Assembly (NCBI GenBank): GCA_964016885.1
Contig: OZ024742.1
Span: 84,692,001-84,756,000 of the forward strand
Direction of reading: 5' to 3'
DNA: 64,000 bases
Origin: Eledone cirrhosa
Taxonomy: Eukaryota
Shown here: positions 27,701 through 47,796 of the stretch, piece after piece
How positions within the stretch are numbered: the first letter of the stretch is position 1
How the letters are laid out: each line of letters opens with the position of its first letter
Translations under genes and position numbers: made by a program
The notes under the pieces: model-generated
Database searches by the model: none
The model's input: the letters and a program-made list of their open reading frames with translations, nothing else
Told to the model about the DNA's origin: nothing

Positions 27701-30636
27701 ATAGAGTATTTTGTAGAGAAATAGATAGGTCTAGCATAGGCTGTCCACAATTCAAGATAGTCAGCTACACGGACCACACATTCGTGATCTGTGTGCTTGA
27801 CGTAGATAGGCTTCATAGACGAGGACCCGGCTACTGGAAGCTATACGCGTCCTTACCAGCGCGCAAGGCCTACAGAGACTTGATTAGCGAACTAGTTAAG
27901 CGGGCGTTGACAGGGGCCATCGTCAACAACAAGTGGTGGTTTGCTCTGAAAAGAGCAATTCGAATAGAGTCCATTAGGTTTAGCAAGGTTTAGCAATAGA
28001 GAAAAATAGAGCAGAGGGATAATTAGTTAGAAAATTAGACGAGGCGCTTAGCAAAGGCATCGCGACCAACGTACATGCGGCGAAATTGGCCCTTGACCAA
28101 TTCTTCAATGCAAAGCACAAAGGCTGCGTTGTCAGAGCTAGGGTGCGTGGGAACGAAAGCCGTTCAATGGGCCCGGGTGGCAGGGGCGCGTCGTGGCAAC
28201 AAAGCCACGATCCGGTCTTTGGTGGACCACGACGGGCGCATGCTACTCGATCCCGGGCAAATGTGTGAAGCTTTTCAGCGACACTTCGCTCAGTTGTTCG
28301 GGGGCAGCGGCCGGCCGGATCGAGGGATGGACTTTAGTGTCTACCTCGACGGACTGCCGCGGATCTCTGCCACTGAGGCGGAGTGTTGCGAAAAGCCGAT
28401 AGCCGCTGAAGTACGGGAGGCAATGACTAGCTGCACAAGTGATAAATCGCCTGGTTTGTATGGTCTGTTCTATGAACTTTACGTACAGATGCCAGTCTTG
28501 TTCGCAGGCTTCTTGGCGGACGTCTATTGCAACTAGCACTAGACTGGGAGAGAAAGGATCCGAACAAGGGGGATAACATAGATAATTTTAGGCCCATAAC
28601 TTCAAGGTTTCAAGACATGCGCCATTCCCGACAGATCCATCCACAACAACCTCCACCTCATGCGATACATCGTAGAGAGGGTAGCTAGGGAACCTGGCAC
28701 CAGTGGGTCCTTGATCAATTTAGATCAGTCGAAAGCTTTCGATAGGGTCGACCATCGTTACCTAGCGGCAGTCCTGAGGGCGGCTGGCTTTGGGCCCATC
28801 TTCAGAGGCTGGATCGCTGCCATGCACCGCAACATCTGCTCTGTGGTGAGAGTGAACGGTCACCTTTCGGAACCGTTCAACATCATGCGCTCGGTCCGCC
28901 AAGGATGTCCCCTCTCGTCCCTCTTGTACGTATTGACTCTCGAACCATTACTGCACAAACTGGAGACGTTGAGGGGGGTCCCGCGCGAGCTAGGATGCGG
29001 AAGTTCCGTGTCAGCATATGCGGACGATGTCACGTAGTGGTGTCGAACTCCAAACACATCCAGTCGATCGGCACTACACAAAAAGAATACGAAGCGGTGA
29101 CAGGAGCAATGATCAACCAGGAAAAGTCAGTGGGCCTGCAGCTCGGCACCTGGAGAGGCAGGTCCATGCCGTCCAACAGCGTCGTCGGGAGCTGGACGGA
29201 CGGACCAGTTAAATTTCTCGGGGTCTGGTTCGGTCCGGATCTCCAGACGGACAAAAACTGGGACGAGGTGACGAGCAGGGTGGCTTCTCTCACCCAGAAA
29301 TCGGCCGAGAGGAAGCTATCCCTGAAAGGTCGAGCGGAGGTGGCTAACGCGTATATCGCGTCCGTCATCTACTACCGCCTGACCGTTGTACCTTGTCCTA
29401 AGCCCCGCCTGACTGCGCTAAAGCGTTTGCTCTTTCGCTTTTTTGTGGAAGGTACGCGCTCCGAGGGTCAGACGGTCCATCTGCTGTCAACACCCGCTAC
29501 GTGGAGGGCTGGGAATGCCGTGGCTGATGATGCGCAGACACGCGCTCAGGCTACGACATCTCCACCTCTTCCTCGACTGTGATCAGGTGTGGTCTCCGTT
29601 TGCTAGACACGTCTTTCCCCAGCTCGTCTCCTTGACGGAGCTGCCGTCCTGGGTCAAACGAAGACCGGGAGGGAGCGCTTGGAGACTGGAATGTCTTCAG
29701 GCGCTCACAGCCCTCGACCAATCGGGCAATGTGATCGGTCGAAACTCCACCTTGGCCTTCTATAGTGGATTAGTGGAGTGGAAGAGCGACGACGTACTCG
29801 GGGAAACTCTAGGCGTCGACGAAAATCAACTAGCCAATCTCTTCGGAAGAACTTTCGGGCCGGGGCCTATGGACAACCTCCAAAAATCCCTGGCCTGGCA
29901 GTGCTACCGATGAGCTTTGCCAGTTCGGGATAAACTCTACAGGCATGGAGGTGCCGTCAACCGGGCATGTCCGAGATGCGGGCAGGGCGACGATACTGTC
30001 CTGCACGCACTCTTCCAGTGTCCGAGCATTGTTGACTTGTGGGTTTATGTTGAACACCTGCTGTCGCGTGTGGGACGGATCCAGCTATCAGCTGAGTCCA
30101 TCGTGAGGATTGCCCCGCTCTCTTCCTTTAGCCGGGAAGGGCAGCAGTCTTTATCTGTCTGGTGGCCATGGCGAAAGATATAGTATGGTGGACACGTTTG
30201 AAAGGGCTGAAGACGAGCACTTACCTCTTCGGTGATGCCCTGATTAACTTTTTCAAATTTCATTTGATAAGGAAAATCAGAGTAGAAAGGGAAGTGCTCT
30301 CTTCCCAGCATTTTGTTGAAAGATGGGTGAGAGAGGCAAGAATGGCCCGAGTGAATGGGCCTACTCTGAGTATGTGTCTGTGAATTAAACGTGGAAAACT
30401 GGGAGAGGGCACTTGCCCTGGTGGTCAGGGTCACTGTGGCTTTTTAATGGGCTTTCTCCACAAATGTCCCTCGGAAGTCTCCCCCCTATTGGGGAATTTT
30501 TTCATTGTTCTATTATTAAATCCTCTGTTTCTTGCTTTTTTTACACGCAGAAATGCCCATTTGTACCGCTCTGTATTGTCCTGTACTGTCCTTAATGTCT
30601 ACTTTATGTAAACTGTTGTGGTTAATAAAGAAATCA
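24788..30636 (+). mobile_element. near full-length L1/Tx1-clade LINE, subfamily B copy 1 (ORF1 ~25003-27068, ORF2 27103-30383, both broken)
   Basis: starts directly after the ATT tail of copy A; CVVCGEGSHLRAF knuckle; APE/RT motifs including YADDVT; CPRC..H..QCP. Confidence 0.9.
26612..26787 (+). mobile_element. SINE S1 inserted into ORF1 of Tx1-B1
   Basis: the empty site ACACAGCATTAAATTTGAAC is present in the B2 copy (~42780-42799, minus strand). Confidence 0.92.
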
Positions 30637-30651
30637 TTATTAATATTATTT

Positions 30652-30652
<1 letters not shown>

Positions 30653-30703
<51 letters not shown>
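30653..30703. repeat. (AGT)n microsatellite contiguous with the Tx1 ATT tail
   Basis: directly visible. Confidence 0.9.
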
Positions 30704-30705
<2 letters not shown>

Positions 30706-30709
30706 AGTA

Positions 30710-30960
30710 TTGACAGAACTGGTGCAAATCCTCATTGGGGTGCTAGGCAGTGTTCTTAAACTTCTTACGTCTTTCATGAAAAGTTTTGGAATACGCGACT
30801 TCATAGGCAGTGCACACATTTCTACCATCACTAACATTACCAGCATCCTACACGATCTATTGAGCCTCTACGATCAGGGATTAATCTGAGGTCAATTAAC
30901 ATGCTACACCTAGCAACCAATTTCTGGTGAAATATTACAAATGGTAAAAAAAAAATCATT
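30710..30960 (+). mobile_element. old 3' remnant of an RLE-type (R4/Dong-like) element
   Basis: translates as ..ILIGVLGSVLKLLTSFMKSFGI...SILHDLLSL, similar to the RLE C-terminus of the other copies. Confidence 0.45.
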
Positions 30961-31129
30961 AATATTATTAGTATAATTAGTCACATGTTAGTTGTTTTCT
31001 ATTATAGCATTACCAAATACAGCTCTTGGTTATGTACAGTTTTACTATCCTTGTTGTTATTGCTATTGCCAGATGTTTTAGATAATTATCTAACTAAAAC
31101 ATCAATTATATTTTATCCATTTCATTGGT

Positions 31130-33000
31130 AGATATATAGTGTTTTGTGAGGATAGATTTATGGAGTCTATGTGCTTTCATCTTACTGTCTGTTTGTATTG
31201 GCATATCCCAAAGTATCTTTTTCTACATCATTCTCTCACATCTTTTCTGGTGTATTGTCCCACACTCTTCCTATTGGCATTTCGTAGTGTTGGGATAATT
31301 TTCGGCGTATATAAATACCAAATTTGCCATGTGTGTGGACATATTATTTTTTGGCTAAGACTGGGCAGCCAGATATTATGTGGTTGATTGTTTATCCTCA
31401 CCAGCACATATTCACTTACTCTGCGGTTACTGCATTTTACTTCATTGTGTAGTTCAGCTAGTTTCTGGTTGGGATCTGTGTTCCTTTGCTGCAATTAAAA
31501 TGTTTCATTGCCGGCTTTTCCTCCAGTTTTTTTTAACCACTTTTTCTGGTACAATTCCTCCTTAATCATTTGCTTCATGTATGGGTCTTGTACGGATTTT
31601 CTTGCCAATCATTTTACCATACAATCTTGAGATGTATTTTCAATTTACTTTTTATCTTTTGCAGAATATATGTTGCTGTAATATCTGTATACTCATGTTC
31701 TTCATAACCATCTGTCAATTTATCTTCTGTTTTGGATTTCTCAGTTTCTGTGAGGACAGGGAATATGTTTTATTGTCCTCATGATTTATGGTGGTTTGTA
31801 GTAAATTTCGACTATACCTCGTTAGATATTGCTATTACCTTACATTGATTAATTTATAAGAGATTTCTTCTTGAATAAGGTCCCATCCACACTTAGATTG
31901 TCGTAGGAATAATTTAACTAAATCTGATGCTGACTGGTGTATTCTACATAAATGCAAATTTTAATTTTATTGCTATTATTCTCTGTCTAATTCTGATAGT
32001 TCTTGAAGAGTCTAGACCAGAACATAGACACTATAGTTTCTCATTCGGATCACTAGACTAAGTTTGCCTATTACCTCATTTTTGCATTTAAGTCTGTATG
32101 TAGTAATAATCTAATCAATCTACAGTATCCCTTTCTAAAGCTTTCTGTCATTATGTATGTTGAACCCTCGCCTCCTTAATTAATTTCTCTTGATCTACTT
32201 ATCTTAACTTAGTGTATTAATCTAGCATAGCAGTAGAATTTTTACTATCGTTTTCCCCTCATCTTGGTTTCCTTGGGGGGATTGGCAGTATCGGTAGAGT
32301 GTCGGACGCCATGCTTTGACGCATAGAGTTACGGCCTTTGCCTTTCATCCTTACAGGGTCGATAAAATAAAGTACCAGTAATACTCTGAGTAATTGCTGG
32401 ACTTGTGCCAAACGTAGAAACAATTATTTGTCCAAATTTCATGTGTATTTCTTTTGTGAACCCATGTACAGTTTGCAGCAGTGTTTTATAATGGATCATG
32501 TTCATTATCAATAATTTTCCTATCGTGATATACATAATTCTATCCTGTTTCGTATCTCAGATAATGATGTCAATGCTAGGCAGCAGAGTAATTGAGAAAG
32601 TGAGTCAACCTTTTATATCCCTTTGTTAATTGAGAAGGGCTCATTCCTTTGCAGAAATCCATCCCTCGATTGTATCTTTTAAAATGTTTCCCAATTACTT
32701 AAGGCACTTGTGTTGAATGCCTTTATTGTTGGTTCATCTTTTTTACAAACTAATGTGCTTGGTAATAACAGATGGGAGTAATGCCAACAACCTTCTGTTA
32801 ATCAATACATAGCATGCTGAGATTTCTTTCTTTGTCTGCATTTTTCTGTTATGGCTTTTTTGATTAGCTATAGCTTTTTACAACCATTATTGGCATTTGC
32901 AGTAATCTTTCTGCTCTTCTGAAAACAGGTTATTACCCAAGCTCTTTCCCCGCTTCTATAATATTATTGCAGTTAAGGACATGGATGTCAAAGGAAGGCA
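31130..33000 (-). mobile_element. highly decayed R4/Dong-like RT-RLE remnant
   Basis: minus-strand remnants NLFSEEQK, NLSMLCID, INKGIxxxDSLSQLLCCLAL and KILWDMPIQTD. Confidence 0.65.
32284..32428 (+). mobile_element. SINE S1, internally deleted, inserted in the old RLE element
   Basis: head and tail match S1; the B-box region is missing. Confidence 0.85.
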
Positions 33001-33039
33001 TGTTATGAGTCTGTTAATGATTTGCTTTGCTGCATGTTT

Positions 33040-39150
<6,111 letters not shown>

Positions 39151-39189
39151 AACAACAACAACAATAATAATAATAATAATAATAATAAT

Positions 39190-42100
39190 GTTTTCTGTAT
39201 TAACCACAAGGGTTTACATAAAGTAGACATTAAGGACAGTACAGAACAATACAGGACGGTATAAATGGGCATTTCTGCGTGTAAAAAAAACAGAGGACGT
39301 AATAAAATAACAAAGAAAAATTCCCCAATAGGGGGGAGACTTCCGAGGGACATTTGTGGAGAAAGCCCATTAAAAGACCACAGTGACCCTAACCACCAGG
39401 GGAAGTGCCCTCTCCCAGTTTTCCACCTTTAATTTACAGACACATACTCAGAGTAGGCCCATTCTTTCGCCATGGCCACCAGAAAGATAAAAAAAATGCC
39501 TGACCTTCCCGGCTAAAGGAAGAGGGCGGTGCAATCCTCACGATCGACTCAGCTGATAGCTGGATCCGTCCTACACGCGACAGCAGGTGTTCGACATAAA
39601 TCCACAGGTCAGCAATGCTCCGACACTGGACGAGTGCGTGCAGGACGGTTTCGTCGCCCTGCGCGCATATCGGACATGCCCGCTGACGGCACCTCCATGC
39701 CTGTAGAGTTTATCCCGAACTGGGAAAGCTCCCCGGTAGCACTGCCAGGCCAAGGATTTCTGGAAGTTGTCCATAGGCCCCGGCCCGAAAGTCCTTCCGA
39801 AGAGATTGGCTAGTTGATTTTCGTCGACACCTAGAGTTTCTTCAAGTACGTCGTCGCTCTTCCCCTCCACTAATCCTCTATAGAACGCCAAGGTGGAGTT
39901 TGCACCGATCACATTGCTCGATTGGTCGAGGGCTCTGAGCGCCTGAAGATATTCCAGTCTCCAAGCGCTCCCTCTCGGTCTACGATTGACCCAGGACTGC
40001 AGCTCCGCCAAGGAGACGAGCTGAGGAAAGACATGTCTAGCAAACGGCGACCACACCTGATCACCGTCGAGGAAGAGGTGGAGATGTCGTTGCCTGAGCG
40101 CGTGTCTGAGCATCATCAGCCACGGCACGACCAGCCCTCCACGTAGCGGGTGTTGACAGCAGATGGACCGCTTGACCATCGGAGCGCGTCCCTTCCACAA
40201 AAAGCGAAAGAGCAAACGCTCCAGCGCAGTCAGGAGGGGCTTAGGACAAGGTACGACGGACAGGCGGTAGTAGATGACGGACGCGATGTACGCGTTAGCC
40301 ACCTCCGCTCGACCTTTCAGGGATAGCTTCCTCTCCGCCCATTCCTGGGTAAGAGAAACCACCCTGCTCGTCACCTCGTCCCAGTTTTTGTCTGTCTGCA
40401 GGTCCGGACCGAACCAGACACCTAGCAATTTAATCGGTCCGTCCGTCCAGCGCCCGACGACGCTGTTGGACGGCATGGACCTGCCTCTCCAGGTGACGAG
40501 CTGCAGGCCCACTGACCTTTCCTGGTTGATCATTGCTCGTGTCACCGTTTCGTATTCTCTTAGTGCAGTGCCGATCGCCTCGATGTGTTTGGCGTTCGAC
40601 ACCACTACGGTGACATCGTCCGCATATGCTGACACGGATCTTCCGCATCCTAGTTCGCGCGGGACGACGGTCAACGTCTCCAGTTTGTGCAGTAATGGCT
40701 CCAGAGTCAATACGTACAAGAGGGACGAGAGGGGGCATCCCTGGCGGACCGAGCGCATGATATTGAACGGTTCCGAAAGGTGACCGTTCACTCTCACCAC
40801 AGAGCAGATGTCGCTGTGCATGGCAGCGATCCAGCCTCTGAAGATGGGCCCAAAGCCAGCCGCCCTCAGGACTGCCGCTAGGTAACGATGCTCGACCCTA
40901 TCGAATGCTTTCGACTGATCTAAATTGATCAAGGACCCACCTGTGCCAGGTTCCCTAGCTACCCTCTCTTTGCTAGCATCTTGGCAAAAATCTTGAACTC
41001 TGTGTTTAGCAGAGTTATGGGCCTAAAACTATCTATGTTATCCCCCTTGTTGGGATCCTTTCTCAGCAGCGCCACCGCTCCTCGGCTCACAGAGCTGGGA
41101 ATTCTCCCGTTCTGTTGCCAGTTGCAGTAGACGTCCGCCAAGAGGCCTTTACCCCTTGTGCAACCAGTCATTGCCTCCTGTACTTCAGCGGCTGTTATCG
41201 GCTTTTCGCAACACTCCGCCTCAGTGGCCGAGAGCCGGGGCAGTATGTCGAGATAGACACTAAAGTCCATCCCTCGATCCGGCCTGCCGCAGCCCCCGAA
41301 CAGTTGAGCGAAGTGTCGCTGAAAAGCTTCACACATTTTCCCGTCGTGGTCCACCAAAGACCGGATCGTGGCTTTGTTGCCACGACGCGCCTCCGCCACT
41401 CGGCCCATTGAACGGCTTTCGTCCCCTTGTGTCTGAGACCACGCACCCTAGCTCTGACAACGCAGCCTTCGTGCTTTGCATTGAAGAATTGGTCAAGGGC
41501 CAATTTCGCCGCAAGCACGTCGGTCGCAATGCCTTTGCTAAGCGCCTCGTCTAATTTTCTAACTAGTTCTCCCTCTGCTCTATTTTTCTCTATTGCTAAA
41601 GCCTTACTAAACCTAATGGATTCTATTCTAATCGCTCTTTTCAGGGCAAACCACCACTTGTTGTTGACGATGGCCCCCGTCAACGCCCGCTTAACTAGTT
41701 CGCTAATCCGGCCTCTTTAGGCTTGCGCGCTGGTAAGGACGCGTTTAGCTTCCAGTAGCCGGGTCCTCGTCTATGAAGCCTATCTAAGTCAAGCACACAG
41801 ATCACGAATTTGTGGTCCGTGTAGCTGACTATCTTGAATTGTGGACAGCCTATGCTAGACCTATCTATTTCCCTACAAAATACTCTATCTAGTTATGATC
41901 TGGATGACCCTATGCGATTTGTCCATGTCCACATTCGTACATTCGAGAAATCCAATCGGTACCTGTCAAACAGTTCAAAACGCCTGAGCAGGTTGGTGAG
42001 ACCCTTGCACTCTCCTCCCCTATCCACTAATCCCACACAGTCCCAGCGTGCATCTAAGATCCCGTTCCAGTCACCCACTAACACTAAAGAGCGGGACGTT

Positions 42101-44124
42101 CCAAGAAAGGTCTCCAGACGCCGGAAGAAATCAGGCCGCCCTGCTCCTGTCGGGGCATAGACGACCACTAACCTGAAAGCTTTCCCTTCTCCGCTGGTCA
42201 CGTGCAGCACCACCAACTTACCTTCTGGGTCCAGGAAGATGGCCCGTATGGCAAGATCCAAACCTCTCCGAAAAAGCATAGCAACTCCACCACCCGATCC
42301 CGGACGGCTGGGAGATGCGTACACATCGTAGCGGCCTATGATCGGTGCGAAGGCCCGTGCGTCGGAGATTCTGGTCTCGCTGATGGCCACTACATCAATG
42401 TTTGAGGTCGTTGAGCAGGTGGCCCTGCTTCCATGACGACCCCAACCCACGCGCATTTATGCTGCCTATTCTGTGTGAGGTCATGTTGAAATGGAGTGGA
42501 AAAGATGGGAAAGACCACTTATCTTACTTCTCGTAGAGGAAGGACGGTTTTTCCATCCTTTTCACTGCTTGTGGCCTCCTCAGGAAGGATGTCCTTATAA
42601 ATCCTCCTGGAGAGTACTTGTCGGAAGTCTCCGATGACTTTGGGGAATTTTTGTCTTAGTGTCATGTACGTTTTCTGTGTGATGCTTATGTGTGGAGGTG
42701 GTGTGAACTTTTGGGTTGTTGTGTAGTCTTTTTCTGTGATGCTGGTGTTGTGTTGGATGTAGTGTAATAATTGCTTGTTGTTCAAATTTAATGCTGTGTA
42801 GTGTGTATCGTTTTGGTTGTTTTGTTTTGTTTGCGTTTGTTGTGGGTTTGTTTCTGTTTCGCATTTTGGTGACTTTTGTGGTGTAAGTGATGGTGGTGTT
42901 GGGGTTAATGATGGTGATGGTGTTGGTGTTTGGGGTGATGGGGTTGGTGATGCTGGTGTGGATGGTGGCATATCTGTCCTAACTTTTTTGTTTGATAGTT
43001 TATTTGTTTCCCACTGTATTTTGTTATTGGAGGGGGAGGGAAGAGAATTTTTTGGTTTCTTTTTTTTTTCCCTGATACCGTTTCCCATTCCTCGTCGTCA
43101 CAATCTTGCTCCAGTTGTGATAGGTCGGAGAGTGGAAAATACTCCACAGGCGTTGGTTTTGGTTGTGGCCTGGTGGATGATATAGGCGCTGGTGCTAGTT
43201 CTGAAGCGTTAGGTGGTGGTGGTGTTGGTTTTGCTAGGTTGCTGGGGTTGTTGCTGTTATAGTTGCTTCTGTTGTTGCTGCTACAGTTGTTGCTGCCATC
43301 TCTGCTACTGGTGGTGTTGAGTCACTGGGGTGGGTAGGAGAGGTGGCCTCAACCTTTTTTTATTCTGAGGGTAGAAAGCCCTTAGGTGGGTTCCTTCACC
43401 ACAAACGACACATCAAGGCCTTCTGCCATCGACAATTACGGTTCCATATTTCTGCCCACGTCTGATGTGGATTTTTTTTCCCACACATGTCCCAAAGCTT
43501 TTTGGATTTGGGACTCGGATGCCCGGTCCACTCGGCAAGATTTTAAGTTAATTGTTCGATACGACACGGTGCATAGGCGCCGATGCTCAATTTGATAGGT
43601 GTTGGTGGGGTGAGGCTGATCCTGTACCTCTCTTTCTTTACTATTTGTTTGGCTTCTTCTAATTCCGCCTGAGTTACCTGATATCACGAGTTAATTTATT
43701 TTTTTCTTTGTTTCTGTTGTCGCTGTGATGGTGTTGGTGGGGGTAGCGGCTTTTACACCTGCAGTCATTGGTAATGGCGGGAAATGAATGTCTGCCCGAG
43801 ACAAATTTAAAATATTGCTACTGCTTATATTTTTAGTGTTGGCAAACGTAGTAATATTTACAATGGTGGTGTCGGTGTGAGGTGTTAGTTTTTGAGGAAG
43901 GTGTGACTGTGAGTCATCCATGATTTTTTTCAAATAAATTTTTGTTTGATAATTATAAAAGTTTAAATTTTGGGCTCAAGGCCCCAATATTTTTGAGTGT
44001 CCTTTTCAGAAAACAATGTATGTTCACTTATATACGGTTAACAATAAAGATTTTCCATAAATGGCAATTTTAAACAACTGAAAACAACAAACTTTGCGGA
44101 GCTCACGATGATACGTAGGTCGCC
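39190..44124 (-). mobile_element. L1/Tx1-clade LINE, subfamily B copy 2 (ORF1 43921-42519, ORF2 42484-39434), several internal deletions
   Basis: highly similar to 24788-30636; (AAT)n on both flanks. Confidence 0.92.
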
Positions 44125-44166
<42 letters not shown>

Positions 44167-44167
44167 T

Positions 44168-44660
44168 CTGAGAAGTGGTATGAGCATAAGCCAGATTCGG
44201 TGATAGAAAACGATCAGGTGAAGGTGCTATGGGATTTTAGGATACAGACGGACCAGAAACTGGAACACAATAGACCTGACCTGGTGGTTTTGGACAAGGA
44301 AAAAAGATCGTGCCTGATTGTAGATGTGGTTGCCCATTCGACACGAGAGTGCAAGAGAAGGAGCGGGAGAAAATTAACCGATACCAGGACTTAAAGTGGG
44401 AGGTAAAACGGATTTGGAACTGCCATGAAGTCGAAGTGGTCCCGATTGTCATAGGCGCACTAGGTACTATCTCAAAAAGTTTCCAGGGATGGTTAAAGAA
44501 AATTGGCCCCGCCCCGCTTTTTGGAACACTTCAAAAGGCATGCTTACTGGGAACAGCAAGAACGATACGTCCTGAATATCTGAGGCTGCAGGTAGCGGGC
44601 TTGATATTCATTTCAACAAACTTTCCAGTTAACTAACATCAATGCTGAGACTCAAAAACA
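44168..44660 (+). mobile_element. 3' fragment of a second R4/Dong-like family (RLE domain)
   Basis: WYEHKP..VLWDFRIQTD..HNRPDLVV..IVDV.CPFD..EKINRYQDL..VPIVIGALG..LQKACLLGTAR; begins in (AAT)n. Confidence 0.8.
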
Positions 44661-44699
44661 ATAATAATAAATATTAATATTATTAATATTATTGTTGTT

Positions 44700-45080
44700 G
44701 TCGTTATTTGAAACTTCATTTGAATTCTGTTTAATTCCCAAATCATGCCGAGTGTCAAACTGGCAAAATTTGATAATACACACACTTTACAATCATTGTC
44801 ATAAAAAGGATGACAAAAGGACACAAACAACAATAAATGTCTTTGCAACGTTTTTAAATTGAGAATTCCCTACCCAGGACAATGACAGTGCCAGTCAGCA
44901 ATACCTTCTGTATCTCTTGCAGAGATGGTGTTCCATGTATCCGGTCCAAATATTTTTCAATACTCTGTTTTTTTCATTCCAAATGTGCCGAATATCAATG
45001 GTATTAAAGCCTTAAGGTGTCAATTTTTTCAATTTCAATTAATAGACAAATAGATTAATACTTACTGAATAAGACCACCG
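44700..45080 (-). mobile_element. old 3' remnant of an RLE-type element
   Basis: minus strand ..IPLIFGTFGM..YLDRIHGTPSLQEIQKVLLTGT. Confidence 0.55.
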
Positions 45081-45189
45081 AAACTTAAACTGCAATATGA
45101 TGAGAAAAAACTATGCCACACTGCCCTTCGCACGATCTTAGTTAGAGAGGCCTGTTCGAAAAATATATTGCAGTCTCTATTTTATCACG

Positions 45190-45620
45190 CAAATAATGGC
45201 GATGGGCCTCCGACTTTTCCCGAGATCCCAAACAGAGTCAGGAAGGGAGCCAACCTTAACAGTTGCGACCTGGAAGATGACAACGCTTACAGGTTAAGAG
45301 CAGAAACTAGTGAGGGAGGCTAGATCGTGCGGGCTAGATATAGTCGGGGTTTCCTCAACCAAGTTCCGTGGCACTGATACTGTAGATTTGGATGGAGGAT
45401 GGAAACTCCTCTATTCATGTGTGGCGCCAGAGATAATTGCACAAGTGGGATTGTGGATACTCACAAGACCCAGGCTATCAGAATATGTTATGTACTGGAT
45501 CCCGTTAGGACGGAATATTTGACTCTTGAAGCTTTGGCTGAAAAGACAGGTCTGTGTGGGTGGTGCAAGTTTATACATCAAACAAGGAGTTCGAATGCAG
45601 GTTCTTCCCTGATCAAAATA
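45190..45620 (+). mobile_element. RTE-clade (Rex3/Expander-like) APE endonuclease fragment
   Basis: LTVATW..TTLTG.EQKLVREA...LDIVGVSSTK..G.DTVDLDGGWKLLYS; homologous to 54030-54340. Confidence 0.7.
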
Positions 45621-45954
45621 CGAATGACGAGGCCTTCCATATAATGTTTATATTTTTAATAGTTTTCACCTATACATGTGACCACAAGACCCTTAACGTA
45701 TACTGAGCTGAACATAAGGCACTAAATGAGGAGTGATCATAAACGTTTCATTAACGATTGCATAATTGTCCTATATGATCTTTCAATTATCTCATATATT
45801 ACTTCTGCTAAGGCGTACTATCAATATAGAGCACTTTTATAACCATTAAGCCTTGGCTCCATTCTAGTAACAGACACATACATATGCACACACGTCCACA
45901 CGCACACACACACGCACGCACACACACACATACATACACACACACACGCACGCA

Positions 45955-46011
<57 letters not shown>

Positions 46012-47105
46012 GTGTGTGTACATTTATGTCTTGATCTACTTTAATATTAACAATCAAAGACACAAAATCAGCCAATTGTAGGCGAGATACACTCTCTAAT
46101 ATATATTCACAGGTACTTAGGAAGCACATTATTTTATCAACAACTGAGGAATGAAAGTCAAGAAAAGGGTAATGACCATCTTCGCAGAAAGTTGAATGTA
46201 AATATATAATTTACTAGAAAGGAAAATCGAAAGATGATGACACGGATGCCAATACTAGCCTTGGTTTCCGCTGAAAAAAATTATAAGAAATTGAAGGAAT
46301 TCCCATTGCCAATAAACCACCGATTAATGCCCTACTTGTGCGCTGAAAGATAATTGAATTGATAATCTGATAAGTGCTTCTGATCTTGATTTGACCAGTT
46401 CTCATGAAATAAAAACTGCGAGCTTTTCTAAGATCAACAACGAGCCAGGAATGTTCATGCCACTAGGAGCTTCAATAACAGTGGAGGAAAGCTAAAAAGC
46501 AATGATCACTTTCTCATAGGATCTTGTGAATAATGTACTCTTACTAGTGCCAGAAGCCAATATACGGACAATGTTGATCATAAAACAACATGACAGCATC
46601 TAGGCACTAAACAAATTTATTTGGTGGATTACACAATGATGAAGTAGTTTGATATCTAATATCTGCAGCGTTAAACACTTTTCCAAACACAATTTAACAG
46701 ATCATAGTGCACTGTGAGCAAATTCCCGGGTAACAAGTAAGGTGAGAAAGAAGAAAGAGAGTTAAGATATTTTGTTGTTTTCTATTACTGGTTTCAGCCA
46801 AATCAACAACTTAAAAGGATTTAATCATTGACATTGATGGAAGTAGTTTCAAGTATAGTACTTATTTTAACGATCTTTCTTTGTAGACATAATAAGTTAT
46901 TGTACATGAACAAAGTCCCCATAAGAACCACATGACCCCCACACATAGCACACATCTATACGTATATAAAAGAAGGATTTCTCCAGTTTACCTCAAATGC
47001 ATTTCACTCACAATCCATCCGTTAGTCCGAGAGTAGAAGACAAGCCTACGTAGATTATTCTATGAAGTATATGTTAGATTTGAAATGAATACCCCCCCCC
47101 CCGCC

Positions 47106-47138
<33 letters not shown>

Positions 47139-47143
<5 letters not shown>

Positions 47144-47796
47144 GGAATAGAATGAAACGAAATTTCATTTCTCACTCTAAGACCGGCACTTACTTAAACG
47201 TAAGTATGTATGTAATTATACGTACATACATATATGTATACAGACGTACAGTAGTATGTATATATATACATATATGCACGTATCGGTTTACCGAACATTT
47301 ATTATAATGCTCGGTTTGTTTGTTTGTAAACAAACAAACAGCCCGAATTACGCCGTACAGTGTTTAGGCAACCACGTCACCTTTTTGTTCAACACTGACT
47401 CAGGAACGATGTACTAGTTTCAAGCTTATTAGCTATCGTCAGCATCGTATACCTTCCTGCCAGATGGTTGAACGTCTGAAAGTATATACTTTCCTTATGC
47501 ATATTAACGGCTGAGCAGCCTAATTTGAATATCGAGTGAGTTCGGTCGGCCGTCTGTGTCCATATATGTATGTATGTATACATACATACATACTTACATT
47601 TAAGTAAGTGCCGTACTAAGAGTAAGAAATGAAATTTCGTTTCATTCTATTCCATTTATCGTCTTCGGTGTGCCCGGCCGACTGAACTCACTTAATATGC
47701 AAATTAGGCTGCTCAGCCGTTAATATGCATAAGGAAAGTATATACTTTCAGACGTTCAACCATCTGGTATACGATGCTGAAGGTATACGATGCTGA
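47139..47796. mobile_element. family H1, second locus: minus-strand unit (47139-47551) plus an inverted, circularly permuted plus-strand piece (~47565-47796)
   Basis: clear homology to 13657-14422; the plus piece reads across the unit end/start junction at ~47641-47680. Confidence 0.85.
47406..47448 (-). ncRNA. minimal type-I hammerhead ribozyme (intact)
   Basis: ACGAUG-CUGACGA-U-AGCU(AAUA)AGCU-U-GAAA-CUAG-UA-CAUCGU; perfect 6-bp stem I, palindromic CUAG loop III, GUA cleavage triplet. Confidence 0.9.

Noticed and set aside
41130-41165. Internal deletions in Tx1 copies as spliced introns
   Set aside because: The breakpoint I compared with copy B3 does not follow GT-AG, so ordinary deletion is more likely.
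46060-46750. Very old RT remnant on the minus strand (VDLRKA, KYL-like)
   Set aside because: Too degraded to assign with confidence.
46780-47090. Highly diverged SINE-like remnant
   Set aside because: Only vague resemblance, with no clear A/B boxes or second copy in the window.
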